From assembly GCA_030141605.1 (NCBI GenBank), contig JAQGDQ010000100.1, positions 496,001 to 560,000 on the forward strand: a DNA stretch of 64,000 bases. The letters run 5' to 3'. A program made the position numbers and the translations under genes. How positions within the stretch are numbered: the stretch's first letter is position 1; each line of letters starts with the position of its first letter. This DNA is from Tubiluchus corallicola (Eukaryota; Animalia; Priapulida). Positions 12,901 to 27,900 of this stretch are shown here, piece by piece. The notes beneath the pieces were generated by a model. The model made no database searches. It was not told the origin of the DNA and saw only the letters and a program-made list of their open reading frames with translations.

Positions 12901-15900
12901 CCACAGCTGAGCATTAGTAAAAATGTCAAGGTATAAATTTAAAAGTGTTAGTGTAAACGTTTCTGACAGTATCCATCTAATGCATAATTATTAATTGTTC
13001 AAATTGTAAACAGACAGCCTGAAATTAATGTTAAAGAAGTAACTATTATTGTGTTTACTTCCTTTTTTGCTGCCCTAAAATTCTGTTGTTAATATTCATT
13101 TAGTACAAATATTGACGAAGTTACTTTTCATTTTGTCTAGTATGTTAGGTCTGACTCCAGCAAGATGCAAATTGACGTAGTAATCAGTCATCTACCAAAT
13201 TCTACTTCTCCAGCTTATAATATCTTGATATTAGACAACACTGTTGGTCTGAATGTACGAAATCATAGTGTTTTTTCACCTTCTGAGTCTACTGCTGATA
13301 TTTCCTGGGAAAACAACCTATTTGCTTTATCTGTAGATGAACTCATGGGTATGTTAAACAATCAAATGGAAATTTTTTCCCAAAAAAATTTTGTCTTTGT
13401 TAAAGCATTTCTTCACAATGTCGTGCATTGATATGGAAATGTTTTTGTCTCTTTTATGGCATTTTTCTTTCTAAGAGCATTTTTCTTTGTTATGGCTTCA
13501 AGTGTAAAACTGAGTACACAACCTTATCTTGTAAGACAACCAGTGCCATGAGTACCATTATCATTGCACATTAGTGATGCTTTTTATGTAACGTTTTCCT
13601 CAATTAGGTGCACTGTTTTATTCAAGCCAAGAGTTAGTTGGTAACTCTTTTCAGTTAAAGCGCTGATTATATAAAATGTATAGCTATTTTTCTGTAATCA
13701 ATAAATGTGTGCTTGCATAGCAAAATCGTCCATAAATCAGCAGTTAAGCTTTTTTAGTTATTCACATATCATCAATCTCCATTCCATGAGGATCATCTTG
13801 ATACCAAGTTCATCGCTCTATGTTATTTGTAAGCTGAGATAATCAACGTTGAAGTTGAGGTGCAGCCTACCCACTGAAAAACGTAATCTTGAGAAAATCA
13901 CTGTTAAAGTTAGCCATTGTTTTTTCTCGCATTTCTACAAAGCTCTTAGCAATCGCACAAATGTTGGTTGCCACGGACTTTGCAAAAACACATTGATGTT
14001 ATGTTTAAGTCCAATAGATGGCTCTTCCAGACAAAGACCTGGGCTTGGCAACAGGAAAAAGCCAAAGCAAAATGAATGCTTCCACGAGCTACTATCGGAG
14101 TTTGAATATAGAAGTTTTTCGCAATTGTAGTACTAATTTCTATCCAGAAAACTGGGTACGGGGTTATAAAATTAGATTTTTAGTCTTTTGTGAACATTTT
14201 CTTGATAACTTTCTAGAATATAAAAGCCCAACATGTTTAGTGTTCACATTTATTAAAAACAAAAAATTGACATTTGACCAAATTTTTGGTGCATTCTACT
14301 TTGAAGCATTATAACATAGTTTTAACTATGCCAACTTATGGATGGTTTTGGTTTGCAAGCACACAAATGATGTTTAAGTCACAATGTAATTGGTACTTAA
14401 TGCATATTGATGCTTTTAGATAATTATGATAAACTTCTGTGTTACAGTTGGAGAGAATATAATTCTGTCTTATACTGCCACTGCAATCATTGCAGTTAAT
14501 TTGGAAAATTCCAGCAGTGATTATAATGCATCAGTCACATACAGTAGCATTTTGGCATCTGAGGCTTATAGCTATGAGGTAAGTCACTTTTTATAAATTG
14601 TGGTTCCGCTGCCATTTCACCACAATGCTGCCGCTTTGTCACAGTCTAGTTGGTCTAATTAATATGTCTGTTTAAGGTGAAGTATGCTACTTGCAGATTG
14701 TTTTTAGTGGTATTAAAAAGTATCAATGGTAGTTATAAAAGGCTGCACTATAAAGGAAAAAGGGTTGATGCATTAGTTAGTCACGTTCATAATTACATAG
14801 TGACTAATTCTGATCATCACGTGAAGCAAAGTGACAAATCTTCTGTTCAGTTAGTGTATAGCAGAATGAAAGACAATATGGTACAATAAATAATAACATT
14901 CTAGTGCTAATTTGATACAATCGTGTAATGTAGTTGAATATTTACCATGGGTAGAATGGGAGCGAATTTTTTTTTAGGTTTTGCAGTCTATTTATTGTAT
15001 GTGCTTTATTGATAAAATTAATAAGTTTGCAATGTTTTTTATTTCAGTATCCTGGAAGGCAATATGGACCAGTCCATGCTGCTGTCTGTATTCAAAGTTT
15101 GGCCAAGCCGATAACTCAGGTAAATAAATAAAATTTGTTGATAAACGTTAATAAAGATCTTCATAAATTTTATTAGTTTATTTGCTTAGTGGCGAACATT
15201 ACATTATTACATTGTCAACATTATACGTCAACAGCTGTGGTGAAGGGCACTTCAAAAGTAACATGAAATAAAAAATTCAAGTTTGTATCAGTACACGTAA
15301 AGCATCTACTAAGAGTATATAAAAAGATGCTGATATTTGATACCATCTTTCCGTGAGCTTTTTAAGTATTGCGAACCGTATATGTAATATAATGGAACTT
15401 CTGCAAAATAAAGCTATTTTTATGAAGTTCTTTACTTTGTAAGTGCATCTATTTTTTTCCCACATTATTTTGTTTTTTTCGTACAAATTTCAGGTGGTGT
15501 TGGAACACAGTTACACAGCAGTGTCTTCTGTTTTAGCCATTTTCCTTGGTCTCTTCACAATTTTTGTTATCACTTTTGTGATAAGCAAGACCACTCCATG
15601 TTACAGTTATATGTGGTGTGGCATCAAACATCAAAAGAAAGCTATCCAGATTGAGGTTAGCAATTAGATCAGTTTGTAAATGTACTTATAAATAAAGGTT
15701 TATGAATATAACAGCTGGTGGAAAAAACTTGCCAAAGTACTGATCATGATATACAGTAGGTGCCGCTTAATGGACTCCCGGTTAATAGACTCAATCGGTT
15801 AATTGACTCAAAAACTCCTGGTACGGGCTGCTTCTATTCAAGTGTACAGAAAAAATTGTCAGTAATCGACTCAAATAACTCCACATAATTGACTTAATAT

Positions 15901-18900
15901 TTTTGCTTCACATGCTTCAATAAGACACACTTTCGTGTGACTAATAAGCTTTTATGACTTTTATATCATCTTAGTTCGCTTTCATCTTATATTATATATT
16001 GAAACAATCATGTTAAGTACCGTTTTGTGTATAAGCACGAATTTGTCATACGCTAATATACTAGCCTAATGGTTTGCTTTGACCCGCCTGTCCACTGCAG
16101 TTAACCTCATTACCCAAGAATTCCTGGAAGTTAAGCATTTAATCACTTGCCCAGCGGTTTACCTTTAGAAGCTCTGGCTGTCTTTTCCAGAAAGTTTAAT
16201 CAGTTTGCCATTGCTGTTATGCCAGTGATGCAGGTACAGTATAGTACAGTCATGATAACAAGCGGGAACTTACAGACAAAACTTCATGTGGGGAAATACG
16301 GTCACCACCAACAGTTCAAGCACGTATTTGTATATCATACAACAGTTAAACGTTTTTATCATTATGAGGACTTTCTGACCCAACTTGTCACAAAAAATGA
16401 ATCAGCTGACCTTGGACGTATTTCCATTATATTTGCGAATAAACAGACTTGCGTGATTTAGAAAAGTATACTTTAATTTTTAATTTATTGCTAAATCACT
16501 TATATAAATTAATATTTTAAAATATTTTTTCTAATTTTTTACTGCACAAAGAAAGTTAGGCATTACTTCGTTTCTAAAATTCATTAAAAGCCTTCGCAGT
16601 TCATAGTAAACTAGTGGCACATACTTCTGTACCAGAAATACTACACCCATCAATTAATAGGTTCATTCAGTTAATTGGGTCAACTTCGGTCCCAAAGTGA
16701 GTCTATTAAGCTGCGCCTGCTGTAGTAAGAAAAAATAACAGAAATTCTTTAAATTACCATCCTGGTATTCCATGTACTTATATATAAGTACCAAAAATTT
16801 TAGGTCATTTCTTTCGATTTTAATCGAAGATACAGAAGTGTTACATGAACAAATAAAAAAAGTAAATGCCGGCAAAAAATTTGTTTGTCATTATTAAAAT
16901 TTACATGAAGCACTCTATGTGTCAACCGTTTTCAATGCAAACTAGAGGAAAGTATTTTTTCTAACAGCCGATACAGTTTCGCACTTCTTTAAGGGTATTT
17001 GGTACCGTCACTTAGCAACTTTTGCCTTTATTTCCTCTTCATCAAGTGGTTCTTTGCAACCAGCATTCTCTTTAAGCTAATTCGAAATAATATAATCCCG
17101 AGGGTTATGTCCCACTTTCTTCTTGAAAATAAATCTTTTCATCAATGTTTTTTTTCTGTGATGAAGACCATTGTGTAACTGATTGACTTCTTTTTTGTTT
17201 TAACTGCCGTATATTGAGTGCCTTATCCATCAACATGGCTGCTTTTCAATTGAACATGTTATGCATGTTAAAAAATTAGACTGAGATTTAATTTTTTAGC
17301 ATCGTAAGCTTTTTGGCCATAACTTAAAAACCACTGAAGTTATAAACTTGTAACTTTCACAACCAAAAGCTGATGTACTGTCATGCCACACTGTCTAAAG
17401 TCCTTTACGTTCGGTCATTAAGCATTAAGCACACACCGTGACCACTCAGCTATTTGGTGATGAAGAAAACGGAAATGACAGCCCTAATGAACACTGTATG
17501 GATAGGATTGTAAGCTGACCACACAGTCCTCATCGGATTGTTTAAAAGTTCATGGAGACGTATGACACCTTACGGAGAATGGGAATCATAGGTTCACTGT
17601 TATAAGCTTTCGCTTGTCTTGAAGGGAGCTTAAGCCTTAACTGTTGTAAGTTCGTAGTCTTAACTTTTTAACGGTTTAATTTCTCATCCCTGAAATGCGG
17701 TTAATTCTATTATTGTTCACTGGAATTTTTTAGGAAAGCGTGACGATACAAACACTATCTGATATTGAAACTGAAAAGGGATATGCCCGTCCTGTAACTA
17801 GAAGGTAATTCTACTTTCACTTGCAAACTTGTAACACTTAGAAATCTGCATTTCAGTTGGGATAGTCTCTGTCTTTTCCATCATGTCATTAAAAATTTGC
17901 CTGTATTGCTTTAAAGTGATGCTAACTTCTTAAAATTGTCAGTACAAAATTTGATAGAGTTTTTATGTGTACTTTACAATCAATGAAGAATGTTTTGTGC
18001 AGGAAAATAAAAGTAGAAGAAAGTATTATTCCACTATTTGGTACACCTGAAAGTAGAATGGAGAACTACAGAGACTTGGACTGCGTAGATATAGATCTTA
18101 GTAAACAAACAGAACAAACCATTGAAGCTCAAAGAACGGAAACTGTGCTGGACATTGTGCACATAATGGTAAGCTGACTTCCATTCAAAAGTAAGTGCTC
18201 CAAGGAGAGTTTTCACTCGCTGTGTAATTTTGCCAATTTTCCAGTCAGTAGCTATGTTGAATAAGCTATGTTGAAAATATGAAAAATAAATATGAATTGC
18301 ATTTTGCTTGTCTACACGCGTTTTATTGTTGTTCATTTTTTGCAAGGTGAATCATTTAAGGAAGCGAGGAATATTGTCTGCTGCTGCTTCTGAAAAGGCT
18401 TTACAGTCTTTCCACCAGTGCTGGGAGAATAGAGTTTCCGAGTTGCACTCAGCACATGATAAACTAGTTGATCAAAAACAAAGCAAAATTGACATTAGAC
18501 ACCAGGTACATTTTAGGTGTTTTAGAATTTGCAGAATAAACAATGAGATTAATCAAATTTTAACAAAAGCTTGCTTAACTCTTCTGTCTTTGTATGTGCT
18601 TTTTTATGCATTTGATAAACCGTTTTCTCAGTAAACTAAAATAAATGAGAAACTTTGTTATTGCTTAATTACAGATTGCTGGTGATAACATGGCAGCGAG
18701 ACACACCAAGGAAAGAGAAGAACTTCAAACTAAATTACAACAACTTAGGGTCACAGATGATGTAAGTCTTTTACACAATTTTTTTGTTCTGTTAGGGCAG
18801 ATTACAACTTTACTGCATTACAATTGACTTAAATGAAATTTGCATTTGAATAGTGAGGCGTGATTTTAGTTTTCTGTATTTTTGTTTTTTTTATTTTTGT

Positions 18901-21900
18901 GATAGGAAAGAGAAGAATTTGTTTCTCTACAAGTGATGCAACATACAGCAGAGCTAAAAGAACTAGAACATAATCTATGTTTAGACAGAATTGAAGAACT
19001 TCAGGTTTTAGAACAAGTATGTAATAATGATACAGTTAAAGTAGAAAAAAATTCTTTATACAGGATTGTGAATTACAGTAGGACAGTTGCCAGATGGTGG
19101 GCTTCATCATCTGATATGCTAATGATTCTTATATGCATCTGACCTCTAACTAGATTAGCATGTGTAATTCGTAAGCAAGCTTTATTCTAACTTTGCATAA
19201 TTATTTTCTAACAATTTGCGTGAAGGTAACCACAATATAAACAGTAGCGGTGGGACATCGGTTTCATTTTCATAAGTGGATTTGATAATCGATTTTATTG
19301 CATGTTTGCAGGCTTCATTTGTTTGTGTATACACTTCCACATAGTTTGCAGACAGCCTTGATGGCATGCAGTTCTTATGTAGAAACCAAACAGTTCTGTA
19401 TTTCAGTTTGTGCATAATTTATTGACAGATGATCATGTGTAACCTTTGTTATGTCCATTGCTGTGGAACCGCCGGTGTGGAAAATACTATTTTTATCATT
19501 TTGCAAGAAATATACTATATTTATCACGTAATTTTTGTGGTTTGGCAGCTGAGAAAATGATCAATGATCAGAAATAAAATTTTCAAATCTATCAAATTGA
19601 TGAATCAGTCCCACCACTAACAAGCAGTAGCTGTTTATTGTACACATTGAAGATTACAAAATTTCACTTGCTTTTTTATTTTGGAATTCAGTAGTGTTGG
19701 ATTTGCATTGTGCACAGCTTTACCCAAAGCACGAATAATGAATACATAGTGTTAATTGAATGCAGCTATCAGTTCTTTTTATAGGAGCTATTGGTGCAAA
19801 AACGACTGGCAGTGAAAAATTGCATTACCAATTTGATGTCATTTATCCAAGATCAGGAAGAAACTTTTTCACCTGAGTTAGCTGACTCCTTAAATGACTT
19901 GCTGCAGAATGTCATGACTGCCATTGATAAAAATTTTGATGAAGCAATTGCACAGCAGCGATTAGCCTTAGAGGACAAATATAAATTTCGACAGGCATCA
20001 ATCATGCAGTTGGTTTGTATTTAAAGCCTATATCTAGTGAGTCATGTTTTGTTCCTTTACCCTGGGAAGCAAGCTTCTTTTTAAGTCACAGCTATAAATC
20101 TTGTGTAATCAGTTTGATCAGTAGGTACAGCTAAATGGCAGATTTACCATCAAGTGACACTATTGTGCTGCAGAACATGCCACAAATTGGCAGTGTGTAT
20201 TTTTTATACTCATTTTGTTTTCAGTTAGTGATAGTAGTAGTAGTCAGTGTCACTGACGCCACTTACTGTTGCCGTCATTGCAGTTGCCATGATTTATTTT
20301 TTTGTTGTTCCTAACAAGTTCAGAATACATGATGCAGCTATGGCTTTTCATGGAATAATTTTCGTTAACATTAGCACAGCATATTGGTCGATCAGATGCA
20401 AAGGCAGCATTCATAACAAAAGCCTTCAGCTGATGTTCACTGTAGTATTGCAAACATCAAGTAAAATTTTTGCTGTCGAATTGTCAAATCTCAAAATTTT
20501 TGAAATGTTCTAGTTGACTTTGATTCAGTCACTTAGAGCATGTCATCATAATGTTCACGTACTTCCTTTACATTGCAGTGTATGCTTTCTATAAATATTT
20601 TTAATTTTTATAGGAATCGAATGATTCAAAACAAAACTATCTTGCTAACCAAATGGTATCCAAGCAGACCCAATTTGTGAATGATTTAGAAAAGTAAGTT
20701 GTACTAGTAGTTTTTGCTACTTGTTTTTAAAACGCTATTCTAAAAAGTCAAAATTAATGTAAATGTGGTAGAATACAGGTTAATTTTTTGCTTCACGGTA
20801 ACAATAGTAGACATACTTACTAATGACTGGATGAAAGAATTCCTTAGATTTAAGTGCTACTTTTGTAAACTGTAGATAAGTCAGCTTACTGTATTAGCAC
20901 ATTTTCAGTGGGATAGCAACATCTTAAAATGTACATTGAATCAGGGTTCTCAAAATTATATCAAGAAGAGGTACAAGAGATGAATAAGGGTTCTTAAAAT
21001 CTAAGGTCATTAAAATCTTTAGACTTGTAGTGTAGGTATAAGTGTCTAAATACAGTTTTCATTTTTTCACTTAGGTCTATTTGAGAAACTTCGTTGCACA
21101 GAAATAGTATTCACTTGTTAACTGGCTGCTAGGAAGAAAATTTGTATTATTTTAGAACTGTTAAAAAAGGACTATTGAATTAAGAACTGTAAAAAACAAA
21201 CATATTTAGTGTTGCTTACTAACATCAGTAGAAGAACAAGACTGAGTTAGTTCTGGTTTGTTGAAGTGCACACTTGTAAAAGAATTGGAACATTATCTCT
21301 AATTGCTTCATCTCTTCAGAGCCGCAAATGTGTTCTTCTGTGAAGCTCTCTATGTACTGTTTTAGAATGGCACAATTGTATGATTTAAAAGTTTGAATTG
21401 TTATTTCAATTGGGCAGAGACAAGTTATATTGCTGTAAGTGTGCATTGAGCATTAATGTTGTTTGAATTTAACTATTTGTCTGTTGCTCTTTTTAATAAG
21501 TTAATGTATGCTGTCTAATCACCTTGTAACATATCATAGAACTACTTCTTATAGATGCTTCAATGTAAGTTTGCTATTGTATACTGAAGAGTATATGTTC
21601 TGTTTTTTGCACTTTAGAAAAGGAAGATTAGATGCTGATGTTGCTCACAAACTGATAACTGAATTAAAGATTGACATGAAAACTCTGAGCGAGCATATTA
21701 ACAAGGAAAAATTGGAGCAAAAACAAATTCTTCATGAAAAGATAAGCGAGCGTAAACGTATTCAGCAACAACAGATGGTAATAACATAGGAGCAATATGA
21801 AGACAAGAATAGAAACAGATTAATTCCTTTCTTCTGTCTCTGTATTTTTCTGTTTTCTTAGATGTTTCTTTTACAGCTTTTAAAGCAAAGTGGAGCTTTT

Positions 21901-24900
21901 CGTGTGCTTGCATAGATTGTGGGAAACTAACTGTAAAGAATTGTGTCAAATTATTCTAAACCTAAGTATTAAAGAAGATAGGCCAGGTAAACGAAGTGCA
22001 TGTCCAATACTTTCATTGTGAGTAAGTTCTGAGTTGAGCATTCATAGTTTGCTTTAATAATTATTTGCTTAATATGTTAAATTATAAGCAAGTCTATCGT
22101 TATAACAATACTGTATAGTCAGTTTTGGAAAAACTATAAAAGCTTATATTTAGTTACAGAATCACAGAAGGCAACTGTCAGTCTATAGGAAAATTGCTCA
22201 AACATCGCATGATGTGGCATTAGGTAAGATTAGATCTAATCATTGGTTTTATTTACATATTGTAAAGTTTTCTTTCTATTCTAGGTGATGGCGCTGGTAG
22301 TGGTGTGCAGTGGCAGTGGCAGTTAACTTGCAATTTGAATTAGTGTAATTTTAAATTTTAGAACTCATCTTAGCTAGTTATACGAGCCTCTCTTTTTTAA
22401 ACTTTGCTTTGTATGTATTGTGCAAAAGTTATATAAATCTGCCAATAATAAATTATGCTTCGCAAACAGATCCGATTACCTATGTGGAAGATCTGTCATC
22501 TTTATTATACCAGCAACGACTGGAACTAGATAAGATAGATGAAGAAACAGATAATGAAGCCATTAGAGAAGTAGAATTGATGCATGCCAACATTACGAAC
22601 AAAATGAAGCCATCTCTTCAACAGCGGATGGAAGAGTTTGCGGAAAAACTTGCACATTTAGGTAACTTTAGAAAAATGTATATCCAGAAAACAGAGTTTT
22701 TAAGTCATGCTTCTGTTTTTGTCAAAGTGATTTGTTCGTTGACAGATGTGTTTGGCCGGTAGACTTTTGCGATTACGTTGTACTCACTATAAATATTATG
22801 CACTTTGCAGTTGTACGCTTTTTGTCCTATGGCTTCTTAGATGAAGTAAATGACAAATTGAATTGAATTGAATGTTCAACCAACGTTATTGTTATATTAA
22901 TAAACTTGCACAAGTTTTTAAGATTATTTGGTCTGCATACAAGTTATTGTAATACATTTTTGTGCAGTTCGTTGTCAAGTTTAAATAAAGCACGTTTTGA
23001 TCGTATGCAAAAACTAATCTAAGAAACTTTGCTTAACTTATATAATAATGCAGTGCATTCTGTTTTTGCTTTTCTATAATTAAATGTTGCTTCTTTTCAG
23101 AACCTGTGGAATTTGATTTTCTTGTGCTTATCTCAGCAATTTTGAGTTTTTCTTTCATTGAGAATTATATCATGTTTTAGGGGTAACGGATGCTGAAATA
23201 CAGAGCTTTCATGAGTCATATAGACGAGAGCTGAGTAAGTTGATAAAAAGCTTAGAACAGGACCAACATAAACTCCTACCTTCTAGACAGGTAATCATGA
23301 GGTTGTTTTGCTTTTTTTCTTTTAGGTTGGTCCAGTTACTAGTGTAACTGAGATTGAATGTATTGTTACGAAAGTAAAAGCTCTCATGAAAACATTTTAA
23401 TTTTGCATTGGCTACTTCAGCAGGGGACTACAGTTAAATTAATCCTTTATGTTGTGTAGTTCTTTACTGGAGTGCTGAGTGCTGTAAAATTTAGGAAAGG
23501 GTAAACATATATAACCTTTGTGCTGCACTAGTTTTTGTTTGTTGTGCCCAATACAGGGAAAGTAAGACATGATGTTCTTAGACTAGACTTAATTCTTACT
23601 ACCATTGTAACTGAGGGAGTCAGTCACTGAACCCCAAAAGAGCCTTACAACAGGAATTAAAGTCTATGTCTTCTGTCGTCTTCACTGTTCTCTGTTGCTG
23701 TATTTGCACATTCTTACTTTTAAAGAAAGTGTTTTTGGATGCTTGCTGGGGTGGTGAGTTTTGTCAACTGCATGAAGTAAAGAATTATTTTTTGTAGGGA
23801 AATGAAGACAAACGACAATTAGAAGTCAAGAAAGAAGCGGAACGGACTGTTAAAAAACAGAAACAATTGCGTGACGAAGAAAAGGAAATGCTTAGGTATA
23901 GATAATAAAAAATAAAAATCTGCTGTGAATTGGAATTGGAATGTAGCATTCGATTAATTCATTTATTTCAGAATTTGAATTTAGATTTTGTTTTATAAGC
24001 CTCTGTACATGCTAAGATTTTGTTATGAAAATCCTTGGAAGCAACTGCCGACAGTTTATTGCTAATTATTTTATTTTAATTTTTGAATTCCAACTGCTTT
24101 TTCTAGGCAGCTACAATTTAACCAGACATCAATGTCTAGCGAAGACAGAGAGAGAATACAGCGAGAGTGTGCTCGATATTTACTACTTTTGAATCCTGGG
24201 CTCGCTCAGGATCGCATTAGACAAAAGCAGGTCCTTGCAGAAAAAATGGCTGCTAGGCGACAGCATTTGGTAGAGAAGATAGAACAGTCACATTTGATTA
24301 ACAGAAAAGTATGTGTAGAGTTTTGTCACAAACCTGCCTGCTCACATGCAATAGACATTTGTTACCCGATGTTTAAGCCTTTAAAGTGCAGAAATTCTGC
24401 AAATTTATGTAGTTGAAAAGCTTTTTAAGTTTAGATTTCAACAACATGGATGATGGATGGTTCTAAAATTTTAAATTGTGACTCTATACGAAAGGAAAGT
24501 TCTAGTTTTATTTTGGTAGATCTGTTTTTCTGTTCAGCCTTCGTGAAATTGAGCATATAGGAATTCTTATGCAAAAGACTACAAAATTAATGGCATTTTC
24601 TGTGTTATCCAAATTTAACATTTTGCCGCTTATTTTACGCTTTGTTCGAATTATTACACTGAACACCATACTGACATTATCACTTTGATAATGCATAAGA
24701 ATAGTAAGATTTTAAGAAAAAATTGTTTGAAAGTTTTATGAGTTTGTTCTCTTGAAAATGCTTTTTTGCAATTAAAGCAAAATTTTTGCTAAAATTTATA
24801 ATACATAATATAACTGTATTATTCTTGCCTTACCTGTTTACTGCAACTATGAGAAATCACAGATATGGGTTCCTTACTTTTCACGTTTGCACATTTGATT

Positions 24901-27900
24901 ATGAGAAGATTGTATTTATTTATTTTTATCATTCATTCGTGCTCACATGGTACAATCAATACAGAAAATAAGAACAAATGATAAAAAAGTTAAAAAATAC
25001 AAATTAGTCAAATTAAATTAGTGTTTCAGATTGAACTGCTAAAAAGAAGAAATAAACGTGTTTTTTTTGTCACTCATTATCTGCTCCCTAAAAACCAACT
25101 ATTGATCTGTTGATAATTTTTTTTACAAAATTGGGATCACTTTATTTCTGCAGCATCTTCAGAAGTTATTAAATTAAACGCAGCTTGCTAGACAAGCTTA
25201 AAAAGACTATAATGGGCCTTACATTAAATAAGTTGGGAGAGTCTGTCTACTAAGCTATTGTTTTTGTTTTTTCACAAACTTACCTGTCCTTTTCTAATTT
25301 TTACCCACTAGAAACGAAAAAAGCCAGCCAGCAGAAGATCGAACGCAAAACCTGCAGACGAAGCTGAGAAGCTGCATGCAATCGCAGAAGAAACGCTGAC
25401 TGTTTTGCTAGGTCAAGATGTCAACATGAGTGAGGAACTTGAGAAGGTGCCTATGTTTTAATCATTGCTGCTGATTTCTATAATGAATTTAATTACCTGC
25501 TTAAACAACATACAATAATGCCAGTTTCAACGTTTTATTTTTCAGCCACTGTAATTTTGCACATACTTTGAGATTGTAGTATTAAAATACGTTAAAGGTG
25601 ATGTACTAGCACAAACGTTTTGCTTTAGGTACGAGCTGAAATGCTAGAAGACAGGAAAGAACGTTTGCGCAAGCAGGAGGAAAAACTTGGGGCCATAATT
25701 GCTAGCTTACAAATAACTAAAGCAAGGGAGGTAAGATCATTTTCTGTCTAACAATTATGAGATATTACAAATTAAACCTTTTGCCGTAGACTATGTTTGA
25801 AATTTTTTGTACTTGGTTTTTTTACAGTTTCAAGCTCAATTCCTAATGTAGTTGTAGGAACTAATGATGAAAAACCTTCCATTTTAATGTTAGAAACAAT
25901 TTTGAAAATTGAATTTGTGGAATATATTTGTTTTTGCTACTTTAACCTTTTTGATTGTGTGGACATTATTTACATGTAAAAGCCACAAAAGGTTAAACTA
26001 TATTATTCTGTGTTTTAGATGCTACAAATAGAGGAACAGCAAAAAGCTATAGCAAAGTTGCACACAAACTTGATGCAGGATCTACATGACAATGGGTTAC
26101 TCAATGATGCGGAACGGAAACGTATTCTTGAACAGCACCAACAGGACCAAGCTAAATTGAGCAAAGTGCTTAATTCGGAAAGACAAAAACAGGAAGAGGT
26201 AGTTAAATATTTAAAATACATTTTTATTTTTTATATAAATCAGCTAATAATTAACATTTTTTTTGGTTTATAAAAATGCAGTATATGGTTAACTGATCCC
26301 TAAAGTTAGTGTTCAAAAGCAAAATTACTATACCAGAAAGAGACGTTCTTTTGTTTATTCATATATATATAATGTTCTTAGAATGCTAAATAACCCAGAA
26401 TGTTTTCTTGGCTTCTCTCAGCCAGTAATACGCAGCTTTTTGCAGTAATAACAATGATCATCATCAGCACAGTCACTACTTTGCCCTAAAAAGTATTAGC
26501 TGTTGTTTTAAAGAGATCTTTTGAGTTTTGCCATATATGTCAAGTGAATGCTTTTGAGGAAATAAGTCTAACTCTGCCAGTGGCAAGATATCCATCATTG
26601 TTTGAATCTCACTAAGTGCAAAATATTCACTAAGCTAGTAGTAGCTTATTTTTATCATATTTGTGCTGAATTTCATGATATGCATGTTTTTTCAACAGTG
26701 TCCATTCCGGTCTTTGTATGAAACTGTCTTTGGTGTGTTATTCTGTTAGCAGTTATACAATGTATTACGGCATTCCTGGTAATCAAATTCTTTGCAGTGT
26801 ACTAGCCAAAATTTTCAAATTGTTCAATTTGGGGAGGTATAGCCAAGTGGTCATGCATGTTTGCCTTGGCTGTGACCACCTGGACCACCTAGCTATGATA
26901 CTTGCCTTGCTACTCTTGCCTACGGGCATTTGCCTTCCCCCGCTAATTATGGCTGTTTTCCTTCAAGAGGATCCGAACGATATGTATATACCTCAGCCGG
27001 TTCAGTTTCTCAGCTTCAACTTGCAGGGTGATCATTGTTAATAAGCCAGGTCCAGTCTCATCAGAAACATGCACATTGGGTATAAAAAATGAATAAGATT
27101 AATGGTTGACAAATGTTCTTGATGTTTGCAGATACTGAATAAAAAACTTGCAGAAAGGTTGAGACAAAAAGAAACTGGACTTTTCTCACAACACGAGAGT
27201 GAGATGAGAGAGGCTCTGAGTGATACTTCTGTAAAGGGGCAGGTCAAGAGAGCTCAACTTGCGCACAAACAACTCCAAGATGTAGAGACTTTTAGGTAAT
27301 CAATTGTTACTTTGGCACAATGAATTTAGAAAGTTGTTTTATTTTGATATCTTTTAGTGTGGCTGTACATGATTTTACCACTATATTTTTGCTAGTAATT
27401 ATAGTGTATTTTGTAGCTTCTGCTTTTACTGATGGTTATACAATATAGGAGATAAAATATATGGAAAATAACATTAAAATGGAACAGTAATATTACTGCC
27501 ATTCATTTCAATAACTTCGCTTTGGTTTTGTTTTGTAAAAGTAGCTGCTATGGTGTTTTATGCCTTAGTGGTGGTCTCATTGACAATACTTTTTTGTCGT
27601 TAATGTAAGTGTTATTGTAATGAAGTACATAGTATTGTAATGAATGTTGAAATAAGTGATATTAAATAAGTGAATGAAATAACTGACTATGCACCTGCAA
27701 AATTTTTTCTGATTCTTCTTTACTTGTAGATATCAGATGGAGAATGAACTTAGACAAGAACTGGCTGAGCAGAAGAGACAGTTACAAATAAAAGAACAAA
27801 ATTCTTTGCAAAAACAGGTACCTTCATTTAATTGTTGTCATCTGAATTAAATGTTTCATATAGCAGTTTAAATGTTTACTAGTTATCTGGCTTTCCTATT

